This document shows, one piece after another, positions 57,770-64,000 of a stretch of 64,000 bases of DNA. Below the pieces are notes generated by a model that worked only from the letters and a program-made list of their open reading frames with translations, had not been told where the DNA came from and searched no databases. The translations under genes and the position numbers were made by a program. Origin of the DNA: an uncultured Alphaproteobacteria bacterium (lineage in GTDB: Bacteria; Pseudomonadota; Alphaproteobacteria; Rs-D84); NCBI GenBank assembly GCA_946188105.1, contig CAMHTQ010000004.1:41890-105889 (forward strand), written 5' to 3'. Positions within the stretch are counted from its first letter, which is position 1, and the number at the start of each line of letters is the position of its first letter.

Positions 57770-59050
57770 ATGGAAAAAGATACCAGACCACTTGCTGATT
57801 TAATGCGACCCTCGGACATTTCTGAAATTGTCGGCCAAACGAATTTACTGGGCGAAACTGGACTTATTCGTCGCATGGTAGAAAACCATAAATTATCAAA
57901 TTTGATACTATGGGGTCCCCCAGGATGTGGTAAAACAACAATCGCACGCGCTTTGGCACATACGGTTGATATGGACTTTGTTCCAATGTCTGCGGTATTT
58001 TCTGGCACCAGCGACATAAAAAAGGCAATGGATGCCGCACGAATGAATCGAGAAATTGGACGTAACACCCTTTTATTTATCGATGAAATTCATCGTTTTA
58101 ATAAAACACAGCAAGACACCTTGTTACCATATCTCGAAGATGGCACTGTGGTATTTATGGGTGCAACAACAGAAAACCCCAGTTTTAATTTAAATAACGC
58201 ATTATTATCACGTTGTCATATTGGTGTTTTAACATCACTGAGCACAGATGATTTAATGATTTTAATTGAACGCGCCGAGAAATTTTTAAATAAAAAATTA
58301 CCATTAACAATGGATGCAAAAATACACCTGGCCCAGATGGCTGATGGCGACGCAAGATTTTTATTAAACACCGTTGAATATTTAATCAATGCAAACTTTA
58401 AAAACGATTTAGATTCCGACGCATTGGATAATGCGATTCAAAAACGCGCACCGTTGAGTGATAAAGCCAGCGATGAACACTATAATTTAATATCTGCTGT
58501 TCATAAATCATTACGTGCCAGCGACACTGATGCCGCGTTATATTGGGTTGCCCGTATGATGACATCCGGCCAAGATGCACGTTATATATTCCGCAGATTA
58601 ACACGCTTTGCAATGGAAGATATCGGTCTGGCTGATCCAAACGCGGTACAAATGGCGATTGCCACATGGCAGGCATACGAAAGAATGGGCAGTCCCGAAG
58701 GCGACATCGCATTAACAGAATTGGTCGTATATTTGGGTACCGCACCAAAAAGTGCCGCATGCGAACGTGCATTACACGATTCATATAATACCGCAAAAAA
58801 AACTGGCAGCCTGCCCCCACCAAAAAACATTTTAAATGCACCAACAAAAATGATGAAAGACATGGGCTATGGCGCAGGATACATTTATGAACCCGATACC
58901 GCATCTGGCTTTTCTGGTCAAAATTGTTTCCCAGAAAAAATGTCCAGGACCAGATTATATACCCCAGTCGAACGCGGTTTTGAACGCGAGATAAAAAAAC
59001 GTATCGATTATTGGGACAATTTACGTGAAAAAATAAACGGAAAAAAATAA
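57770..59050 (+). CDS. rarA: Replication-associated recombination protein A (RarA/MgsA AAA+ ATPase)
   Basis: Walker A GPPGCGKTT, ..FIDEIHRFNK.., and a MgsA C-terminal domain. Confidence 0.85.
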   Translation: MEKDTRPLADLMRPSDISEIVGQTNLLGETGLIRRMVENHKLSNLILWGPPGCGKTTIARALAHTVDMDFVPMSAVFSGTSDIKKAMDAARMNREIGRNTLLFIDEIHRFNKTQQDTLLPYLEDGTVVFMGATTENPSFNLNNALLSRCHIGVLTSLSTDDLMILIERAEKFLNKKLPLTMDAKIHLAQMADGDARFLLNTVEYLINANFKNDLDSDALDNAIQKRAPLSDKASDEHYNLISAVHKSLRASDTDAALYWVARMMTSGQDARYIFRRLTRFAMEDIGLADPNAVQMAIATWQAYERMGSPEGDIALTELVVYLGTAPKSAACERALHDSYNTAKKTGSLPPPKNILNAPTKMMKDMGYGAGYIYEPDTASGFSGQNCFPEKMSRTRLYTPVERGFEREIKKRIDYWDNLREKINGKK

Positions 59051-59070
59051 TGCCAATTTGGCATTATTTT

Positions 59071-59799
59071 TTAGAATAAAATATTCACATACGCACCAAC
59101 CGCAGAATCTTCCCTTTCATATTCGTATGAATATACCGCGCCATATTGTGTTCTGCCAAATTGATGTATAACTTTTACCTTTAACCATTCTCTATCAAAT
59201 CCAGGATCTGTTGCAACACGGGCTGTTAAACCAAATCCCAAACGCCAACCATCAACCATACGGAAATATGCCTCAGGTATAAAATCCAAGAAAGCCATTC
59301 CATTTGCATTATCAAATATCCATGTTGACTTTACCGTTCCAGACAAAGACACACCCGCCCATTGACGTCCGAAACGCAATCCAGCAAAATATGTGGACTT
59401 TGCAAAGTCAGGCTCACGCACATTGCGATTTCCCGCAAACTTTGCACCAAATAAAACATCACTGGATACACCCGCAGAATTACTTTCCGCAGCCCCAGAA
59501 CGATAAACCCCAGACAATTCAATACTGGAAAACCCAGTTTCTTTACGGTCACGAACAAAGTCAAATTGATAATGAACATTGGCACCCATATTAAACCTGT
59601 CATTTGCACCATATGAAAATGCCTGGCCCAGACGCAAAATGTCATTACCATAATCAACAGATGTTGTTGATAACACATGTTCATTCGACAACATATACAA
59701 TGGATCAGACGTATCCACTGGTAACAATTCGTCATCCATTGAATACGCCGAGCCACATATAGCCAATATTCCTAAAAAACCGCAAATTAACTTTTTCAT
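59071..59799 (-). CDS. Outer-membrane beta-barrel protein
   Basis: Signal peptide, alternating beta strands, C-terminal ..YVNILF. Confidence 0.55.
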   Translation of the reverse strand: MKKLICGFLGILAICGSAYSMDDELLPVDTSDPLYMLSNEHVLSTTSVDYGNDILRLGQAFSYGANDRFNMGANVHYQFDFVRDRKETGFSSIELSGVYRSGAAESNSAGVSSDVLFGAKFAGNRNVREPDFAKSTYFAGLRFGRQWAGVSLSGTVKSTWIFDNANGMAFLDFIPEAYFRMVDGWRLGFGLTARVATDPGFDREWLKVKVIHQFGRTQYGAVYSYEYEREDSAVGAYVNILF

Positions 59800-59812
59800 A
59801 TTAATCGTTCTT

Positions 59813-61018
59813 CTAGAATTGGAACATTACTTGTAAACCAGCAGACCATTCTTGGTATTTAGACAGTTTTACTTCACCCATTAAACCACTGTTCCATGAT
59901 GCCTGTGTTAATGGCAAAGTTCCGCTGTGTACATACAATTTTTTGCCATTTGCTGTATCATACAAAGATGTTTTTACATACAAATTCAAAGCAAACAAAT
60001 CGTTTGGTTGCCAACCGAATGCACCCTTGATAGAGAATTGGTCATGCCAATCATACCAACCGTACATACCTTCGACATTCAATGTCCAATCTTCATCCAA
60101 TACGGTCCAAACACCAGCACCCAATTCTTTCATCAACAAAGAATTGCTGTTGTCACCATAAACCATCATACCCCATTCATTTGTATCATGATTTTCGATA
60201 TAATCACCGTACAAATCGCCTTCCATATTTATAATCCAACCACGTAACACACCATAGATTGTAGAGGTTGAAACCTTGTATCCGGCCTTGATATCAGCAA
60301 TATAATAATCGATACCATGTTTTTGGTGTTCATAATATCCAGATATTGTTGCAATCCATTCATTTGTATCAACAATACGACCTTGCAACCCGATACCATA
60401 AACATTCAAACCATCAGATTTATATTTATCTGTATCACCCAAAGAATTTTTCCATGTCAATTTATCATTATTATATTTTGCCATGGCCTGTACAGCGATA
60501 CGATCTGTAATACCGAAACTTAAATCTTCTTTGATTGATAATTCTGTTAATTTTCTTTTCACATCAACAAATTTATATGAACCTTCCATATATTCACCTG
60601 TTGTCACAGAACCAAATTGGAACTGCAAAGGTTGATAAAATGGATTTGCGATGAAATATTTACGTCTGGCTGTCTTTTTAGTATATGTTTCGCCATGTGT
60701 ATATGTACGTTTTGTTGCATATTCAGATTCTTGTGTAACAGATTGTTCCACAGGTTCCGCATTTTGTTGTACAGGTTCAACACGTTGATAACGATGTGTT
60801 GCCCCAGAATTTCTGCCCATATCACCATACATTCCAGAACGGCCCATACGATTACCATATTGACCCGCAGATATTCCGCGATTCACCCTAATCACATCAC
60901 CATTAGAGTTACGCATATCTATACTGGAATACATACTGCTGCGGCCTGTACCAGCACCAGCATCCATCATAGTAATACAGCCCAAAACAGCGGCCACACC
61001 TAACAATTTCATTTTCAT
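59813..61018 (-). CDS. Outer-membrane beta-barrel / porin-like protein
   Basis: Signal peptide, Gly/Tyr-rich beta strands, C-terminal ..LQVMFQF. Confidence 0.55.
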   Translation of the reverse strand: MKMKLLGVAAVLGCITMMDAGAGTGRSSMYSSIDMRNSNGDVIRVNRGISAGQYGNRMGRSGMYGDMGRNSGATHRYQRVEPVQQNAEPVEQSVTQESEYATKRTYTHGETYTKKTARRKYFIANPFYQPLQFQFGSVTTGEYMEGSYKFVDVKRKLTELSIKEDLSFGITDRIAVQAMAKYNNDKLTWKNSLGDTDKYKSDGLNVYGIGLQGRIVDTNEWIATISGYYEHQKHGIDYYIADIKAGYKVSTSTIYGVLRGWIINMEGDLYGDYIENHDTNEWGMMVYGDNSNSLLMKELGAGVWTVLDEDWTLNVEGMYGWYDWHDQFSIKGAFGWQPNDLFALNLYVKTSLYDTANGKKLYVHSGTLPLTQASWNSGLMGEVKLSKYQEWSAGLQVMFQF

Positions 61019-61077
61019 AATAAATTCTCCTTTCGTGGAAATTATATCACATTTTTTGCCTATAAAAAAGTTTTTAT

Positions 61078-63318
61078 TTATAATATGTGACGTTTATTAT
61101 TAGCGTCTGGCGGACTGACAATGCCCTCTTGTTCCATACGTTCCATAAAGCCGGCCGCCTTGTTATAACCGATACCTAACCTGCGTTGTAAATAAGAAAT
61201 CGTAGGTTTTTTATCTTTGATAACAATTTGTTTGGCACGTGTATACATATCGGCATCTTTGTCTTCCTTGGAACTAAATGTTTCACCAATCGAGAATCCA
61301 CCACTGGCATCATCACCACCGACTGCACCACCCTCGGCTACACCTTGGACATATTCAGGTTCGCCCTGTGAACGCAAGAAATCCCCAATCTTTTTTAATT
61401 CCTTGTCAGAAATGTATGCACCATGTATACGCACCAAATCATGTCCAGAATCACTGTACAACATATCACCACATGCCAATAATTGTTCTGCACCCTTTTC
61501 ACCCAAGGCAGTTATAGAGTCAACAATACTGCGTGCATGGAATGAAACACGGATTGGGAAATTCGATTTAATAACACCAGTAATAGTGTTCGTATCAGGA
61601 CGCTGGGTCGCCATAATCAAATGGATACCTGCTGCACGTGCCTTTTGTGCGATACGTTGTACACATGCCTCGACATCCTTGCGAGCCACCATCATCAAAT
61701 CGGCAACCTCGTCAATCACGATAACAATGTATGGCATATCAGACAAATCTACCTCTTGGGTTTCAAATATTAACTCACCAGTTTCTTCATCTGTTCCAAC
61801 TGCGACTTGCTTGGTTACAACCTCGCCTGCTTCACGTTTTGCAGAAACTATTTCGTTATAACTTTCTATATTTCTGGCATTAACAACTTGCAATCTTTTA
61901 TAACGATCTTCCATTTCACGCACAGCCCATTTTAATGCATTTACAGCCGGCACTGGATCCAATTTAACAATCGGGGTAATCAAATGTGGAATATCATCCC
62001 AGAATCCAAAATCAACCCCCTTGGGATCGATAATAATCAACTTACATTTATCAGGTGTAAAATGATAAACAATAGATGTAATAATTGACTGCACAAATAC
62101 AGATTTACCAGTTCCCGTATGTCCTGCAATCAACATATGTGGCATTTTTGCCAAATCGTAATACAATGGGTTACCACCAATATCCACACCCAATGCCAAC
62201 GGTATTTTAAATGGAGAATTCATAAACATATCATTTTCTATCAAACCACGAAACTTTACCATTTGTGGTTTTAAATTCGCCATTTCCACACCAATCAATT
62301 GTGTTGATGGAATTGGTGCAATACGCATATTTTTGGTTGCCATTGCACGAGTCATATCCTTGACCGTTTTGGTTACATCTGTCAATTTAGTTCCACTTTC
62401 TGGCAAGAAATCATACAACGTAACAATTGGTCCCGGATGAATTTCAGTAATATGTCCAAACACATTATATTCTGCAAAATGGGATTCCATTGCCTCTGCA
62501 TTTTTCTTTAATTCTGGTGTTACGACACCCTTACCAAATACAGACATTTCCAAAAACGCAGGATCTGGCAATTCGTATTCATATTCTTCGAGTTCTTCGG
62601 CCTCGACCTTTTTCTTGACGGTTCTTATTCTTTTTGGTTTTGGTTTTTCTTCTACTACTTCTTCAACTTCTTCTTCGGTCTCTTCTTCCTCTTCGTCCTC
62701 ATCCTCTATATCTTCACGCATTGGCAAAATACGGAATGCAGACAAAACCCAACGTATTGAATTCCAAACCAGATGAGCAACCTTGATAACATATTCTAAC
62801 TTTATATTTAATAAAACACCAGCCATCCAGAAAAAACCAACCAAAGATAAAATACCAACCAATATTTGCCAATTTCCCATAAACGAATAAAAATCAGATG
62901 ATGCAATAGCCCCCAGCATTCCACCAAACGATGCCCCCGGAATCAGCATACCAAATCCCATACAACCCAAACACAATGCAATAAAACCACGCAACACATT
63001 ATATTCTGGACTGGTTTCTTGTTCACGTCCACCAATCAAAGAAACCCCAGCACGCATTAAACATAAAAGCAAGAATATCATTGGAATAAATCCAAACACA
63101 TACCGCAAAAATCCAACAATATATCCGAATACACCATGACTGCCAAATGTACTGGAAACCGTCCAACCATCTAAATAAGAATTATGAAATATTGCCGCCA
63201 GTATAAATAAAGCACCCAGCACAAACATCACACCACCCAGCATCCGCCAGGCCAAACTCTTCAATGCCCCAGAAAGTTTTTCTGGTAAAAATCTAGATTT
63301 TCCTTCCATACCAGGCAT
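61078..63318 (-). CDS. ftsK: DNA translocase FtsK
   Basis: N-terminal multi-TM domain, acidic linker, motor domain (..GHTGTGKSV..), and a gamma winged-helix C-terminus. Confidence 0.9.
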   Translation of the reverse strand: MPGMEGKSRFLPEKLSGALKSLAWRMLGGVMFVLGALFILAAIFHNSYLDGWTVSSTFGSHGVFGYIVGFLRYVFGFIPMIFLLLCLMRAGVSLIGGREQETSPEYNVLRGFIALCLGCMGFGMLIPGASFGGMLGAIASSDFYSFMGNWQILVGILSLVGFFWMAGVLLNIKLEYVIKVAHLVWNSIRWVLSAFRILPMREDIEDEDEEEEETEEEVEEVVEEKPKPKRIRTVKKKVEAEELEEYEYELPDPAFLEMSVFGKGVVTPELKKNAEAMESHFAEYNVFGHITEIHPGPIVTLYDFLPESGTKLTDVTKTVKDMTRAMATKNMRIAPIPSTQLIGVEMANLKPQMVKFRGLIENDMFMNSPFKIPLALGVDIGGNPLYYDLAKMPHMLIAGHTGTGKSVFVQSIITSIVYHFTPDKCKLIIIDPKGVDFGFWDDIPHLITPIVKLDPVPAVNALKWAVREMEDRYKRLQVVNARNIESYNEIVSAKREAGEVVTKQVAVGTDEETGELIFETQEVDLSDMPYIVIVIDEVADLMMVARKDVEACVQRIAQKARAAGIHLIMATQRPDTNTITGVIKSNFPIRVSFHARSIVDSITALGEKGAEQLLACGDMLYSDSGHDLVRIHGAYISDKELKKIGDFLRSQGEPEYVQGVAEGGAVGGDDASGGFSIGETFSSKEDKDADMYTRAKQIVIKDKKPTISYLQRRLGIGYNKAAGFMERMEQEGIVSPPDANNKRHIL

Positions 63319-63363
63319 TATATCATAAAAAACGATCGATTAAAAGCCCATGGCATAAAAAAA

Positions 63364-63390
63364 CTGGGGCAGCCTGCCCCAATTTTTTTT
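63364..63390 (-). terminator. Rho-independent terminator between the PAP2 gene and ftsK
   Basis: Hairpin tggggcag/ctgcccca flanked by A/T runs. Confidence 0.5.
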
Positions 63391-64000
63391 ATTTTATCCG
63401 TCGAATTATTGCTAAAACAAAATCCGCGGACACCATACCAATAAACGCGCCCAGCAACACATCTGTTGGCCAATGCGCCCCAATAGCAACACGCGACACC
63501 GCAATAACAATCGCCAAACTCCATGTCAGCCATTTAAAACGTGGCATCAACATTCCTAACATGACCAATCCAGCAAACGACAATGCCGTATGTCCCGATG
63601 GCATAGAATTAAACCAATAATTTGTTGTAAATGGATAAAAACCATCCATACCCAACAAATCAAAAAATTTTGGACGCATACGACCAATAACGAATTTTAA
63701 TATCTCGACAATAACACCCGACATCACCAAAGAACATAAAACCAAAAATGCATTACTGTTTTTCAATTTAGCATATGCATCTTTGAACAAAAATTTAATA
63801 TTAAACCAATGCATTTGTGTTGTTGGGTCATTTCTTAATTCATATGTCTTTTTCAAATACATCAACACAGTCGCCAAAGCGAACACAACCACCCAAACTT
63901 TGCCATCAAAAATACGTGCAAACCAAGTCCATACTGGACAATTATATTTCTGTAAAAATTCATATACTGGGATATCGTATTTATAAACCCCAGCAAACAC
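63389..64000 (-). CDS. PAP2-family membrane phosphatase. The 5' end probably continues beyond the window.
   Basis: PAP2 motifs ..KFVIGRMRP.., ..PSGH.., ..SRVAIGAHWPTDV... Confidence 0.7.
   Translation of the reverse strand: MFAGVYKYDIPVYEFLQKYNCPVWTWFARIFDGKVWVVVFALATVLMYLKKTYELRNDPTTQMHWFNIKFLFKDAYAKLKNSNAFLVLCSLVMSGVIVEILKFVIGRMRPKFFDLLGMDGFYPFTTNYWFNSMPSGHTALSFAGLVMLGMLMPRFKWLTWSLAIVIAVSRVAIGAHWPTDVLLGAFIGMVSADFVLAIIRRIK

Overview
This is an AT-rich (roughly 33-35% GC), gene-dense bacterial chromosomal window. It most resembles an intracellular alphaproteobacterium (Rickettsiales/Holosporales-like), judged by the ankyrin-repeat protein, an autotransporter, a MucR/Ros regulator, a non-discriminating gatCAB pathway, a split suf system and a missing-TGS ThrS. 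Most genes are core housekeeping: parE (5' partial), dnaA, dprA, plsY, rpsT, sufB and sufC, ruvX, gatC/gatA/gatB, miaB, a P-type ATPase, lptC-like and lptB, NlpD-like, tatC/tatB, lolA, nrnA, recJ, ftsI/ftsL, sufE/sufT/sufS, trxA, dksA, a second tatA, thrS, gltX, trmB, a ybeY-lnt fusion, mucR, rarA, ftsK and a PAP2 phosphatase (5' partial). There are two tRNAs (Phe-GAA, Lys-CTT). I found no CRISPR array, transposase or integrase. The most unusual content is: (i) an orphan type IVb-pilus-style lipoprotein secretin with a TcpQ/STN-like partner gene; (ii) two unknown genes inserted inside the normally contiguous gatC-gatA-gatB operon, one with an NLS-like basic tract; (iii) a tightly coupled four-gene operon of unknown function ending in a ribbon-helix-helix protein; (iv) a divergent pair of degenerate Dps-like and Cu,Zn-SOD-like genes sharing a repeated palindromic motif in their common promoter; (v) an in-frame YbeY-Lnt fusion; (vi) several cysteine-rich secreted proteins. 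All family assignments are from reading the translated ORFs by eye. No database search was run.
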